This document shows, piece by piece, positions 1 through 14,007 of a stretch of 64,000 bases of DNA (the first letter of the stretch is position 1; each line of letters opens with the position of its first letter). The DNA is from Octopus vulgaris (Eukaryota), in assembly GCA_951406725.2 (NCBI GenBank), contig OX597818.1, forward strand, positions 17,422,001 to 17,486,000, written 5' to 3'. Position numbers and translations under genes: made by a program. The notes under the pieces were generated by a model. It made no database searches, was not told the origin of the DNA, and was given only the letters and a program-made list of their open reading frames with translations.

Positions 1-1250
1 ACTCTAACATACCCCCAGGTACACACCCACAACAAACACACATAGATGTACAAACACACACACACCAATACAATGCAAACCTTCCACACAAAGATACACA
101 CATACATATACACACACGCACATACACAATATCCCCACGCTCGAGCACATTCCAAGAAAAGACACATACATATAGACACATGCAATACGATTCTAGCAAT
201 CACAACCAACACTCACTGACACGCATACATGCATACATACGTAAACACGTACATGCATACACCTAGACACGCCGCCCTGAAAATTACAAGACACACTCAC
301 ACAAGCACACCCACACATACACAGATATACACATAAACACACAAATACAACACAACCAACTCCCCCCACACACACACACGCATATATACACACATACGTA
401 CACACACACAAACACAATATGCCCGTTCCCCATAAAAAATCATACACACACTCAAAGAAAAAACACACATAACATACACGCAATACAGTCCCAACAATCA
501 CAACACTCACAGAAACACACACATACACACATACATACACACTTGCACTCACACGTACACACACACACTGCACCACAACAAATATAGCACTCACACACAT
601 GTGCACATGCACCCGAAAACTACATAAATCACACCCACATATACACACACACACAAATGCATACTCAGTTCAAACATGCACAGTACGTACACGCACACAC
701 ATACACACCACCCGGATAAACGTAACACACACGGACACACACAGAACCACTTACAAATACAACTCACTCACACACATGCACCCCACACACATATACATAT
801 GCACCCTCATACACACATACAGATGCACACACACACACCACCACCACCTGGATAATTATAACACTACAAACATACACAGTCAGAGACAGAGGCATACTCA
901 CGTACACGCACATAACATTCCCACCGACACAACACATACAAACATACACACGCACACACACGGATGCACACATATGCGCGCGCACAGCACCCTGACAAAT
1001 ACAAATCACACACATACACACACACAAATGTGTACACATATACACGCACTACCTTTCTAATAAAACACACACATACACAGACCCATACACACCCCACACT
1101 GAATTCTAAGACCAATAAACAAAAACCCACACTCACACTATTTTGAACTCTAAGACCAGTCCCCAAAACCACTGAACCATGACAGACTAACCCAGAAACA
1201 AAAAAAATCCTTTTGATTCCGCAATGCTGTCCCCCACCAACCAACCTCCC
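1..1250. repeat. Degenerate (CA)n/(CATA)n low-complexity tract
   Basis: Noisy CA-rich sequence; ORFs here are only HT/CV repeats. Confidence 0.85.
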
Positions 1251-2123
1251 ACACTATTTCTAAAAATAGCAAACATATATTATAGACACACACTAAAAGA
1301 CAGGAGATGAAGGATGGAAAGGTTGGTTATTCCCCTAAAATTCTGTAAACGAAGGAATACTAATAATAATGAAAATAAAAAAACAGTTCCGGGCCCATTC
1401 CATGTAAACATTGTAGGTAAAAATGCACCGGAGTCGTTGTTGTTGTTGTTGTTGTTATTATCCGTATCAATTTATAATAATTTCTGAAAGCGGCCTAGCA
1501 AACTCAAAATTTTTCGTTTGTATGATCAGAAGTTTGTTTCCCAATCACATGGTTCCAGGTTCAGTCCTGCTGTGTGGCACCTTGGGCAAACATTTTCTAC
1601 TATAGCTCCGGACCGACCAAAGCTTGTGAGTGAATCTTGCAGATGGAAACTGAAAGAAGCCCATCGTATATGTGTGTGTATGTAAACACACATTTGTGCC
1701 AAACGACGAGAATGAGTATTCAATACCGCATTAATGGATAAGACTTCTTTATTTGCGTATTAAAGTAACCATCGGTTTCATGTTAAGAAAAATATCTTAA
1801 TATTTAAACACTTTTTCAAGCGGATCACATGGAGGAATGGTGTTCTTCTCCATTCTGGATGACAACACAAAATGTCTATATAAATACAAACACGAATACA
1901 TACACACATACATACTTACATATGAACACAATATTTCTATAAACTTAGATATATACACATATATGTGTATTTATACACATATACACATATATGTGTATAC
2001 ACATATATATACACATATATGTGTATACACATATATATACACATATATGTGTATTTATGTATATCTATCTTTTTATCTCTCACTACACACACACACACAC
2101 ACGCACACATACACACACACACA

Positions 2124-2182
<59 letters not shown>

Positions 2183-3274
2183 CATATATATATAGTGCGG
2201 GTAAAATTCCTGAGATCCATGGACGAATTCTCTCCGGCAGTCTTTGTCCCTCATCAACGCTACCATGTCCTGTGTCCCCCAGAAACCAGTGTCTGTCCTT
2301 AGGGCATCAACATATGTCATCCTCGGTCTCCCTCTTCTAGTGTATCCGTGTAGGAGCACCCACAGGATCATTGAGTATAGTATCAACTCTGAATGACGGT
2401 GAGTATGTCCAGCTAACCTCAGTCTCTGCGTTATTTTCGAGCTAACTTTTAGAAGGCTCTCTTACAGCTCTGAATTCTTCATCCTCAGTCTATACTGATT
2501 ATGTTCAGAGCCATCCTCAGCATTCTCGTGTAGCACCTAAGTGAGTTTCTTGGTTAGTGTCCAAGTCTCAGACCCGTACAACAGCACGAACTCCACTGCA
2601 GCTACGAAGAGACGGATCTTCAGATCTTTACGAAGGTCCGACTTCTATACAGATCTCAACCTGTAGCATGCCGGCCAGGCTTTGCTCTTCTTCTCAACCA
2701 TATCACCCTCTGTGTTCCCAATCTTTACTCTCAGATACAGGAAGTCCTCAACCAACTCTAGTGGTTTCCCGCCTACATTCATAATCTTCTCCAGCTTCTT
2801 AATGTTCTCTCTGCCAGATACTTCGTCTTAATTTCATTCATTGTCAACCCCATACTCATCCACACACACACACACATATCCATATATATTGTGTGTGTAT
2901 GTGCGTGTGTTTGTGCGTGTGTGTATATCTTATATCTTATATACGTGTATGTTAGCATGTAAATATGCATGTATATGTGTGTACTTGTGCATTTAAGCAA
3001 GCAGAGGTCGTGCATATGTCCATATGAATGTCTAGTAAAATACGTAATTATGTATAAATACGATGGATAGTTGATATATGTGTGTGTGTGTGTGTTTGTG
3101 TGAGTGTGAGTGTGTGCGTGTGCGTGCTTGCGCACGAGTATATCGCTGTGTGTGTGTGTATGTATGTGTATGTGTGTGCATGCGTGTGTCGATTTATAAA
3201 CGCGGCAAAAAAGCACTTGGTTACTCAAAAATGTAAACAGACATATAGGCGGACTGACAGACAAACAGATAAAC

Positions 3275-3344
<70 letters not shown>

Positions 3345-3744
3345 TTAGATGAGCCTCTAACAGAGAGAGAGACAGAGACAGACAGAGAGACAGAGACAGA
3401 CAGAGAGACAGAGACAGACAGACAGAGACAGACAGAGAGACAGAGACAGAGAGACAGAGTGATAAGCAGGTCGACAAATATAGAAGGCAAAGTGGCAGAT
3501 ATTGATAAATATCGAGAGATTGAAATAAAAAGAGAGATATAGTAACAGGCGGTGAACGAGTGAAAGAAAGGCAAATTGAGAATTATAGATGTATATAAAT
3601 GTACACACGATAGAAATATTTCATATATCGGTGAGTCTGTTGTAAATCTGTCTATACGCAAATACACAGTCGGACAGGCGCACACAGGCATACGAGTGAG
3701 TGCGCGCGCCTGTGTGTGTTTTGATAATTATTTACATATATTTC

Positions 3745-3945
3745 TTTTGCCTTTTATTTGTTTCGGTCATCAGACTACGACCATGCTGGAGCACCGCATT
3801 GAACAATCTTAGTTGAATTCGTACTTATTTTTGAAGCATGGTACTTATTCTATCGGTCTCTTTTATCGAACTGATACGTTACACGGACATATCATATATA
3901 CTCCAACACCATTTGTCAAGCAGTGGTGGGGGACAAACGCTAAAA
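3745..3945 (-). mobile_element. SINE family A, 3' half
   Basis: ccatgctggagcaccgc...tacttattctatcggtctc is the reverse complement of the family-A tail seen at 14560-14685. Confidence 0.8.
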
Positions 3946-3996
3946 CAACACACTCACACACACAAACACACACACACACACACACACGCAAACACA

Positions 3997-4074
<78 letters not shown>

Positions 4075-4075
<1 letters not shown>

Positions 4076-4209
4076 GTGGTTCCGGTTTCAATGCCCGGTG
4101 TCTTGGACAAGTGTATTCTACCACAGCATCGAGCCGACCAAGGCATTCTGAGTGGATTTGGTAGACGGAAACTGAAAGAAGCTTGTCGTATATGTGTGTG
4201 TGTGTGAGA

Positions 4210-4250
<41 letters not shown>

Positions 4251-4446
4251 ACCCCCCCCCCCTCATCGCTTGACAACCGATGTTGGTGTGTTTGTGCCTC
4301 GTAAATTAGCGGTTCGGCAAAAGATACCGATAGAATAAGTACTGGGCTTCCAAAAAATAAGTCTTGGGGGGGGTCGATTTGTTCGACTAAAGGCGGTGCT
4401 CCAGCATGGCCGCAATCAAATACCTGAAACAAATGAAAAGATAAAA
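4075..4446 (+). mobile_element. SINE family A (tRNA-derived, internal microsatellite)
   Basis: gtggatttggtagacggaaactgaaagaag-(TG)n-cgcttgacaaccgatg...ggcggtgctccagcatggccgc. Confidence 0.85.
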
Positions 4447-4472
4447 GAATGTATGTACGTATGTGTGCACGC

Positions 4473-4512
<40 letters not shown>

Positions 4513-4849
4513 GTGCGTGTGTGAGCGTGCGTGCGTGTGTGTGTGTTTACTGTACTTACCGATCGTAGAACAAGTTCGGAACGGCGTTGCTCTCTCTCTG
4601 TAATTGGCAATATGGGTTAGCTTTTTACCCTGAATGTTTGGGTCAGCAATTAAGGATGAAGTTCTGTATAGGTTCCCAGCCTGGGCATCTGTTGTGCAAT
4701 TTTCTACCCAGTGAGATGATAAACTGGGGTAAAAAGACCCTGAAATATGGCCCGTCCAGGAAAATGTCCTGAACATATACAGATTACATCAGCAGTCACA
4801 GACTGTAATGTAATGGCGGCGGCGGCGGCGGTAATCCCGCTCGGCTATG

Positions 4850-4889
4850 GTGGTGATGATGATGCTGATGCTGATATGGATGATGTTGT

Positions 4890-4954
<65 letters not shown>

Positions 4955-4958
4955 TTGT

Positions 4959-5011
<53 letters not shown>

Positions 5012-5036
5012 GTGATGACTATGATGATGATGATGG

Positions 5037-5071
<35 letters not shown>

Positions 5072-5365
5072 GCGGTGGTGATGGTGGCGGCGGTGGAGGC
5101 AGCAGCCGTGGCAGTAGTGACGACGACCGTAGCGGTGGTGGCGTTGGTGGAGGCGGTGGTGGTGTTGGTTGTAGTGGTGGTGATGTTGGTGGTGGTGGTG
5201 GTGATGTTGGTGGTGGTGGTGGTGTAGATGGTAGTAGTGGTGATAGTGGTGATGGTAATGTTAATAGCGGTGGTAGTAATGATGGTGGTGGTATTAATGT
5301 TGGTATCAGCAGTGTTGGTTATTGTGGGGTCGTTATGGTTCTGTTAACAGTAATATTAGGATAGC

Positions 5366-5400
<35 letters not shown>

Positions 5401-5779
5401 CAGTAGTAGTAGTAGTAGTAGTAATGTTGGTGGTGGTTATTATAGTGATGGCAGAAGTAGTTGTAGTGGTAGAGGTTTTGAGGTATTTCAATCGTGGTAA
5501 TTGTAATGGCATAGAGGTAATTAATGGTATCGGTTGTGTTGGTAGTGGTACTGGAGACAGTGGTTCTCTAGAGTGGTGGGACACAAGAAGTGATAAGGGC
5601 TGTGATATGAGTGGTGAAGGTGGTGGTGGTGGTGTTGACAATGATGGCGGTGGGGCTGTTGTTGATAATGATGATGTTGTAGTGGTGGTGGCGGTGGTGG
5701 CGGTGGTGGCGGTGGTGGTGGTAGTGATGATAGTGGTTGTGACGGGATGATGATGATGATGACGGGTAGTGGGGGTTGG

Positions 5780-5812
<33 letters not shown>

Positions 5813-5860
5813 CGATGGTGATGGTGGTGGTGAAGATGATGGTAGTAGTGGCTGTGGTAA
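4850..5860. repeat. Compound trinucleotide tract (GAT)n/(GGT)n/(AGT)n
   Basis: Read directly; poly-D/M/V/H ORFs are by-products. Confidence 0.95.
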
Positions 5861-5899
5861 ATGTAGTGATCGTAATGCATGCGTTAATTGTAATTAATA

Positions 5900-6410
5900 A
5901 TCCTTTCTACCATAAGCATAAGGCCTGAAATTTGATGGGAGGGAGCCAATCGATTAGATCGACCCCAGTACACAACTGTTACTTAATTTATCGACGCCGA
6001 AAGGACGAAAGGCAAAGTCGAACTTGGCAGGATTTGAACTCAGATCGTAAAGACAGACGAAATACCTATTTCTTTTATTGCCCACAAGGGGCTAAACATA
6101 GAGGGGACAAACAAGGACAGACAAAGGGATTAAGTCGATTATATCGACCCCAGTATGTAACTGGTACTTAATTTATCGACCCCGAAGGACGAAAGGCAAA
6201 GTCGAACTCAGCAGAATTTGAACTCAGATCGTAAAGACAGACGAAATACCTATTTCTATTTCTTTACTACCCGCAAGGGGCTAAACACAGAGAGGACAAA
6301 CAAGGCCAGGCAAACGGATAAAGTCGATTATATCGACCCCAGTGCGTAACTGGTACTTATTTAATCGACCCCGAAAGGATGAAAGTCGACCTCGGCGGAA
6401 TTTGAACTCA
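5900..6410 (-). mobile_element. SINE family B, tandem multimer (3 core units)
   Basis: Repeated atcgaccccgaaaggatgaaaggcaaagtcgacctcggcggaatttgaactc core; gcctttcatcctttcggggtcgataaa...agtaccag resembles the Meta/MESC SINE domain (from memory). Confidence 0.85.
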
Positions 6411-6485
6411 ACTAGCCAATGAAACCTCTACCCATCAACAGCACCTCTTCACACATAACTTTCTCACTTCTATCCTTCAAAATAC

Positions 6486-6538
6486 GTCGTCGTCGTCGTC
6501 ATCATCATCACCATCATCACCATCATCATCACCATCAC

Positions 6539-6596
<58 letters not shown>

Positions 6597-6650
6597 GCAG
6601 CCTCATCACCATCATCATAATTATCATCGCCGACATCACCATCACCGAAA
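6486..6650. repeat. (CAT)n microsatellite
   Basis: Read directly. Confidence 0.95.
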
Positions 6651-6854
6651 TTACCTTCATTGCACACCCCACACACATACACACACTGAATAACTATTTA
6701 ATGTGTCCGAGGTATAAAACGTTAGGGGTGCGCTCTGAATAATATATACAAACACGGTAGAGTCTTATATATATACATCAGGTACTGAACACGGCATATA
6801 AGTTAATAAACTTCAGCGGTAACCTTTCCCTTTTTCATGTTTTATCACCTAGGC

Positions 6855-7007
6855 TTAGGCATGGGCGAGCAACCTTTTTCGCGAGGCAGGCCTCATGTAA
6901 CACGGCTCATCATCAGGCAGGCTGCATTACTAAAAAGAAATGTCAAGATAATTTTTCGTTCGCAATCCATTCAGAATGTCCCGTCGGCCGCACTTTGCTC
7001 ATGACTT
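6855..7007. mobile_element. hAT (Charlie/Buster-type) MITE
   Basis: Imperfect TIRs taggcatgggc / ttgctcatgact; near-TSD acctaggc (6847-6854) / acctagac (7008-7015). Confidence 0.55.
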
Positions 7008-8249
7008 ACCTAGACCATGTCAGAGATGTAATGGATTTTATTTACAATAAATTCCGTATTGAGTACTTGATCGGTAATTTCCCACAAATTTTACACAAAA
7101 TGGATAGTATTACATCGGACATTTCCACGTCCAATTTCTTGTGTGTGTGTGTGTGTGTGTGTGACAGAGAGGGAGAGAGAGTATTGGGTGAGTTATTTTT
7201 CAAACAAAGCAAATTTAGTGTCCAAAATTAAAATGAAAAGTATCAAGTTCCAAACGATTAATTATTTAAAACTGAGAAACACTAAAAAGAAAAAAAAATG
7301 AAAATATAATTAAAGTAATATAATATCTATCTTCGATATCCAGTCTCCAAACGTTATGCTGTTTCTGCCGGCCAAGAGTACATCAGCGTATGGTGATCTG
7401 ATATCTCCATTATCGGAGGCTGTAAAAGGCTTTGTAAGATGTGCGACGTTGTTCATATACAGCGCAAATAGTTGATAGCGTTGGAGAAGGGTCGGTAAAA
7501 ACTACACGCTTATCAATTAACAAAGAAATAACATTGTTGCAATAGTGCTCGGGCTAGGACAAATGATCAAACTCTATTCCATGTATCTTTACATTTTTTT
7601 CATTTTTTAAATTTTTTATCGTGTTCTTTCGCTAAAATCACCTTCTATGAACGAATAATTCTCACTTCTATTACGAAATGTGTATTCATTTAAAGGTCGA
7701 TAATCGCACATTTTCGTGAGTTCGTTATGGCTATATTTATGGATATATTGGCTCGCAAACCTGATGTTTTCTCTCTCTTTGTTTTCTATCGTTATCATAA
7801 GTGACCTGTACTCATCGAAACTGTCTTATGGTTTAACTCTCAAAATTTTTCATTTGATTTGTTATTCGCTGAAGGAAGCAAACTATACCTTTGTTCTTCG
7901 TAGGCATCACAGAGTTTGATGCCATTAACGATTTAACTATTGGAAGAACATGCACAAGAGAGTATTTCCCGAAGATTGATGCCATGAGAAAGAAGGAATA
8001 GTGACAGGTGTGGAGTAGTAAATCCGAAATTTTTTAATGCCTTATGATAGAAGATTTCATTGTACATTGGCTCACAGACGTACTGCATCCTCTCTTTTCC
8101 TTCTCAGGAGTTATTACGAAGGACTTTGGTACTCGGAACGGGCTTGTGTATAACCCACCTAACTTTTTTCATTGTACTTTTTTGTAACCGGCGGGATTGC
8201 TGTCGTTAATTTACTGTCTACTATTATAGTCTCCAATGTGCTGTACGTC

Positions 8250-8478
8250 GAAAGAACAAAAGGCAAAGTCGAACTCAGCAGAATTTGAACTCAGATCGTA
8301 AAGACAGACGAAATACATATTTCTATTTCTTTACTACCCGCAAGTGGCTAAACACAGAGAGGACAAACAAGGACAGACATAGGTATTAAGTCGGTTATAT
8401 CGACCCCAGTGCGTAACTGGTACTTATTTAATCGACCCAGAAAGGATGAAAGGCAAAGTTGACCTCGGCGGAATTTGA
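8250..8478 (-). mobile_element. SINE family B dimer
   Basis: Same core and same gaaatagaaata junction as 5900-6410. Confidence 0.85.
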
Positions 8479-8869
8479 CGTTTGTACGTTTGTGGGCAAG
8501 TGTTCTTCATGGTGTTTATGGTTTACTCGTCGGGTTTACATCAACGTTAGTGGTTGCTTGTGTTGAGATTTGAAGTCGATGTTAGTAAATTAACAATCTC
8601 CAAGTTTATATTTTAACTATTTTAACTTTTAAATTTCATTCTTTGAAATGATAATTAGTTCTTTTTTCTGTTAGTCCATAAGATATCAATTTATACTGTG
8701 TGAGACTTGACATGTTCCCTACTGTAATCTCCTTTGCTAGATCTTCTATTTTTCAATGTGTATAGGATATATAATCCGACCAAATTCGAAATCTCTGTTC
8801 CGTTACAGTTACCCATGGATACACCAAAAAGTTCTTTTCTTTGTTTCTTAACCTAAACGATATTCTTTT

Positions 8870-9059
8870 CTATTCTAGGCACAAGGCCCGAAATTTTGCG
8901 GGAGAGGGCCAGTCGATTAACTGGTACTTGATTTATCGATTCCGAAAGGGTGAAAGGCAAAGTCGACCTCAGCGGAATTTGAGCTCAGAGCACGAAGACA
9001 GGCGAAATACCGCTAAGCATTTCGCCCGGCGTGCTAACGTCTCTGCCAGGTCACCGCCT
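8870..9059 (-). mobile_element. SINE family B
   Basis: Head ggcggtgacctggcagagacgttagcacgccgggcgaaatgcttagcgg on the minus strand plus core. Confidence 0.8.
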
Positions 9060-9222
9060 TTAAAATGGACAATATTGACATCGCTGTCGGTTAAGGAGGT
9101 GTATGTTTTCTTCAAATTCTAAAACTCTCAGAAGAAGACCTTTAGAAATGGATAATTAGCATTCTACGATTTTCAGTTTGAATTTATTTTCATAAAACGA
9201 CATGAATCAAAAAAGCAACATA

Positions 9223-9610
9223 GGCTTAGGTGTGGTTGTGTGGTAAGAAGCTTGTTTACCAACCACATGGTTCCAGTTTCAGTCCCACTCCATGACACCT
9301 TAGGCAGGTGTCTTCTACTATAGCCTCGGGCCGACCAAAGCCTTGTGAGTGGATTTGGTAGACGGAAACTGGAAGAAGCCCGTCGTATACATATGTGTGT
9401 GCGTGTCTTTGTGTCTGTGTTTGTCCGCCCGTCACCGCTTGACAACCGGTGTTGTTGTGTTTGCGTCCCGTAACTTCCGCAAAAGAGAATGATAGAAGTA
9501 CCAGGCTCAAGAAATAAGTCCTGGGGTCGTTTTCTTCGACCAAAACCCTTCAAGGTGATGCTGAAGTATGGCCGCAATCAAAAGGTTGAAATAAATAAAA
9601 GAATAAAAGA
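9223..9610 (+). mobile_element. SINE family A
   Basis: Full head-to-tail match to the 14273-14685 copy. Confidence 0.85.
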
Positions 9611-10984
9611 ACAATAGAATATTTCCATTTTGTTCTGTTATATTCGTGCTGTCATCGCACCTAAAATGTATTGGTTGACTAATCTCATTTTACTTAATGC
9701 TGAGTTGATGACTCCTGTATTAGATTAAAATTGCATGTGATCCTTTAATGTTTTGTAAGAAGCTGTTACATGATCTGAGGCATTCTACTTCGTACATTAC
9801 ATTTAAATGAGTTGCTAAGGCTTTTGTTTCGTTGTATATCATCTTGTATGCCTTTTGGCTTGTTTGCTTATGAGATTTTGTTATATTGTTCAGTAGTAGT
9901 GTATGTCACACTGTATGTATCTCACAGTCTAACAGTGGTTCTTAACCTTATTTTTACCTATGGATCCCTTTGGTTGCTATTTTACTCAGGGGGTGGGAAC
10001 CCTCATGGCCATTCGATGTCTAAAAACTCCTATCATATTTTGAATGTTTGAATTTATCGGCATGTACTTATTTTACCGTTCATTTTTTTAACAGTGGTAT
10101 ATGCTTGTTCAAAGTATTTCCAAAGTTAGAAGTGTAAATTATTAAATTTTACGTTTTTATTGATTGAATTAAGTGCAACTCGAATTTTTCTAGTGCTTTA
10201 TTTTGAGGAAGATTTTTTGTCGGTTTTCAGAAGAAGAATATTTTTATTCATTTTTCTCAATACATTCTCAGTTTTCTGTCATATGTTTTAATATAGACTT
10301 GTTACTTTTTTATGCTACGGTGATATTAGTCATTTGTCCACGGTTTTAAATTGCAAACTGGTTAAATCTCAAGCTGTCACAAAGAGTATAGAGAAATTCT
10401 AGAAGATAAAATTGAGAGAAATGCCATTGTCTCCTTTTCAGGTGTTCTGCTTTTGTTCTATACATTTTTATCTTGTTTTATTTATTTATTCATTACTATT
10501 AGAACAATAAGGCCTGAATGCCAACTCGGTTTTGGATTTTTCCTTTTTCCATTATGGATCAGCAATTGTCATTTGAACAGATCGAGAAAACGTGTACTAC
10601 GAATAATGGCATAACACATTAATCGAATAAAAATCATTATAATCTACAGCTTGCATCAAGTAACTTTTCACCTTTTCCTTACAATCGATCTTCCTATCAA
10701 ACCGAATTTTTATTTAACCAAGTTGGTTTACTCAGAGAGGGGACGTTACAGAAACAGACAAGGGGTTGGGGAACGAATGATTAACAACATGAAGTTAGAC
10801 ATACAATTAAAAATAAATGAAAAATATGAAGATCGAGTGGATTAAAACAGAATGGAGTGAGAGTCGCAGCCAACCCCACGAACCGCGTACCAACGCTGAA
10901 GATTGTGTTTTATCCTTTTGTTCTCACTCAAGTAGGTCCAACGATGGTCCATTTAAACATTTTTTTTTACTTATCTTCTGTCTC

Positions 10985-11180
10985 TTTTATTTGTTTCTAT
11001 CATTAATCTGCGGCTATGCTAGAGTTCTGCTTTGAAGAATTTTAGTCGAAATAATCGACCCCGGTACTTATTTTCTTTTAAAGTCCGGTACTTCTTTTAT
11101 CGTCACTTTTGTCGAACCGCTTTGTTATGGGGCGTAAACACACCAACACTACTTGACAAGTAGTGGCGAGGGAAAAAACA
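10985..11180 (-). mobile_element. SINE family A, 3' half (matching 5' half at 13224-13330)
   Basis: Reverse-complement family-A tail ending at a CA/TA tract. Confidence 0.7.
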
Positions 11181-11374
11181 CACACACACACCACACACAC
11201 ATATATAAACACGCGCACACCACACACACACACACATACACACACACGCACACGCACACACTCGCGCGCGCGCATATATATGTATATGTGTGTGTGTGTG
11301 TGTGTGTTAAATAAAATGAGACAACAAAGCCAAGGCTGTGTGGAGTTTTCAAGACATTTATAAAGATAAATTTA

Positions 11375-11422
11375 GTCTTACAGATGTTTCTGGGATATTA
11401 GGGATATCTCTTCATCAGAGAC
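11375..11422 (-). ncRNA. Type I minimal hammerhead ribozyme (loop-3 variant)
   Basis: Minus: gtct CTGATGA a gagatatccctaatatccc a GAAA catctg TA agac. Confidence 0.75.
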
Positions 11423-11952
11423 GATGTGGGATGGTTAAATAGAGGGAAATATTAGAGTTCACTATGGGGAGCTATTTTGGACAAGGAAGCAAATTAGGAG
11501 GATATAGAGAAATAGGAGAATGAATGTAGAAATAAAAATTAAAATGTATAAAGATGTTATAGGTTGCAGTTCTATTATCCAAAGTAAGTGGTGTGTAGAA
11601 ATGGTATAAATGCTTCCTGTCCATTGTATGTATATTCCAAAGGGAGTTCATATTTTGTCATCATAAATGGAAAGTGTGGTGACGTAGATTCCATGTGCTG
11701 TTCATTCAAAGGGGTCTTGTGGTGTCAACTCCTATTGGAATTTACATACCACAGACAGGGAGCGTTTATACCACTCCTACACACCCCTTTCCATGGATGG
11801 AACTGCAACTATAACTTCTTTATATATTTTTATTTTTATGTTTACATTCATTCTTCTATTTCTCTATATACTCCTTATTTCCATCCTTTTCCAAATTAAC
11901 TACTTATAGTGAACTCTAATATTTATTTCCCTCTATTTAACCATCTCACATC

Positions 11953-12000
11953 GTCTCTGATGAAGGGATATTCCTAATATCCCAGAAACAGCTGTAAGAC
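11953..12000 (+). ncRNA. Type I minimal hammerhead ribozyme
   Basis: gtct CTGATGA a gggatatt-cct-aatatccc a GAAA c-agct-g TA agac: stem I gtct/agac, 8-bp stem II, palindromic loop 3, predicted cleavage after 11996. Confidence 0.85.
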
Positions 12001-12251
12001 TGACTTTCTCTTTATAAATGTCCTGAAAACTCTACACAGTCTTGGCTTTGTTGTTTCATTTTATTTAACATATAGATGCTCATATAAGACCCACATTAGA
12101 TTCTTCACTCGAATCATTATCGAACTGAGATTTTAACTACGGTCCATCCATAGCACTTACATAGCGTTACCTGCCACTTTGGGTCTTCTGGATACCAATA
12201 CCTCTCATACATATACATATATACATACATACATACATACATACACACACA

Positions 12252-12452
<201 letters not shown>

Positions 12453-12654
12453 ATGTATGTATGTATGTATGTATGTATATATGTATATGTATGAGAGGTA
12501 TTGTATCCAGAAGACCCAAATATAATATGTATATGGATGGACCGTAGTTAAAATCTCAGTTCGATAATGATTCGAGTGAAGAATCTAATGTGGGTCTTAT
12601 ATGAGCATCTATATGTTAAATAAAATGAAACAACAAAGCCAAGACTGTGTAGAG

Positions 12655-13133
12655 ATACACGTTCATACAAGACCCGCTTTAGACTCCTTACTTGTATCAT
12701 TACCGGACCGAGTATTTAACCATGGTCCTTCCATAGCACTTACATAGCGTTACCTGCCACCGGGTATCAAACTAGCAGTCAACAGAGAGTAGTTTAGAAT
12801 GCCTGTTTTCGACTCTCTTCTCTCTGAGTTCAAATCCCGCCAAGGTTAACCTTGTCTTTCATCTTTCCGAAGGACAATAAAATAAGTACCAATCCAGGAT
12901 GGTGAATTGACGGAGTTGTTTGAGTAATGCATGGTATCTCTTGTTATATCTGTTCCGGTTGTGTATATTCTAAGTGTGAATCCTACCCCATCACTCGCAA
13001 ACTGTTGGCACTCTTCTCAGAAGCTCCAAGTCTCACTGCGTGGCACCTTGGGTAGGTGTCTTCTACTAAAGCCACGGGCCAACCAGAGATTTATGAGTAA
13101 ATTTGGGTAGACGGAAACTGAAAGAAGACCGTC

Positions 13134-13177
<44 letters not shown>

Positions 13178-13186
13178 AAGACCGTC

Positions 13187-13226
<40 letters not shown>

Positions 13227-13705
13227 GACGGTCTTCTTTCAGTTTCCGTCTACCCAAATTTACTCATAAATCTCTGGTTGGCCCGTGGCTTTAGTAGAAG
13301 ACACCTACCCAAGGTGCCACGCAGTGAGACTTGGAGCTTCTGAGAAGAGTGCCAACAGTTTGCGAGTGATGGGGTAGGATTCACACTTAGAATATACACA
13401 ACCGGAACAGATATAACAAGAGATACCATGCATTACTCAAACAACTCCGTCAATTCACCATCCTGGATTGGTACTTATTTTATTGTCCTTCGGAAAGATG
13501 AAAGACAAGGTTAACCTTGGCGGGATTTGAACTCAGAGAGAAGAGAGTCGAAAACAGGCATTCTAAACTACTCTCTGTTGACTGCTAGTTTGATACCCGG
13601 TGGCAGGTAACGCTATGTAAGTGCTATGGAAGGACCATGGTTAAATACTCGGTCCGGTAATGATACAAGTAAGGAGTCTAAAGCGGGTCTTGTATGAACG
13701 TGTAT
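12655..13705. repeat. Perfect ~480-bp-arm palindrome centred on (TA)n
   Basis: 12655-13135 is the reverse complement of ~13224-13705 with no mismatch seen by eye. Confidence 0.9.
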
Positions 13706-13778
13706 ATGTTAACTAAAATGAGACAACAAAGCCAAGGCTGAGTGGAGTTTTTTCAGGACATTTATAAAGAGAAATTTA

Positions 13779-13826
13779 GTCTTACAGCTGTTTCTGGGAT
13801 ATTAGGGATATCCCTTCATCAGAGAC
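13779..13826 (-). ncRNA. Type I minimal hammerhead ribozyme
   Basis: Minus: gtct CTGATGA a gggatatccctaatatccc a GAAA cagctg TA agac. Confidence 0.85.
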
Positions 13827-14007
13827 GATATGAGATGGTTAAATAGAGGGAAATATTAGAGCTCAAAATAAGAGTTATTTTGAAAAAGGAAGCAAATCAA
13901 GAGTATATAGGGAAATAGAGAAATATTTCCCTATATACTACTTATCTGCTTTCTTTTCCAAAATAGCTCCTATATTGAACTCTACTATTTCCCTCTATTT
14001 AATCATC

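Larger units (their letters stand above)
7600..9850 (-). pseudogene. Decayed Penelope-like element RT ORF, interrupted by SINEs
   Basis: Minus-strand fragments TLKDH..., SISKGLLLRVLEF, FGVSMGNCNGTEISNLVGLYIL and NLEIVNLL...CKPD match PLE RT motifs; many stops and frameshifts. Confidence 0.7.
11305..12070. mobile_element. Head-to-head inverted pair of HHR-bearing PLE pLTR-like units
   Basis: Arms ~11305-11649 and ~11727-12070 are diverged reverse complements, each carrying a hammerhead motif. Confidence 0.8.

Noticed and set aside
1-1250. Cys/Val- and His/Thr-rich ORFs
   Set aside because: Translations of degenerate (CA)n; the noisy pattern may reflect poorly polished sequence
4747-5880. Poly-Asp/Gly, poly-Met, poly-Val and poly-His ORFs
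   Set aside because: Open in several frames because of trinucleotide repeats; no domain or splice evidence
5960-6410. Regularly spaced repeats resembling a CRISPR array
   Set aside because: Units are ~180-bp SINE multimers with no unique spacers; eukaryotic context
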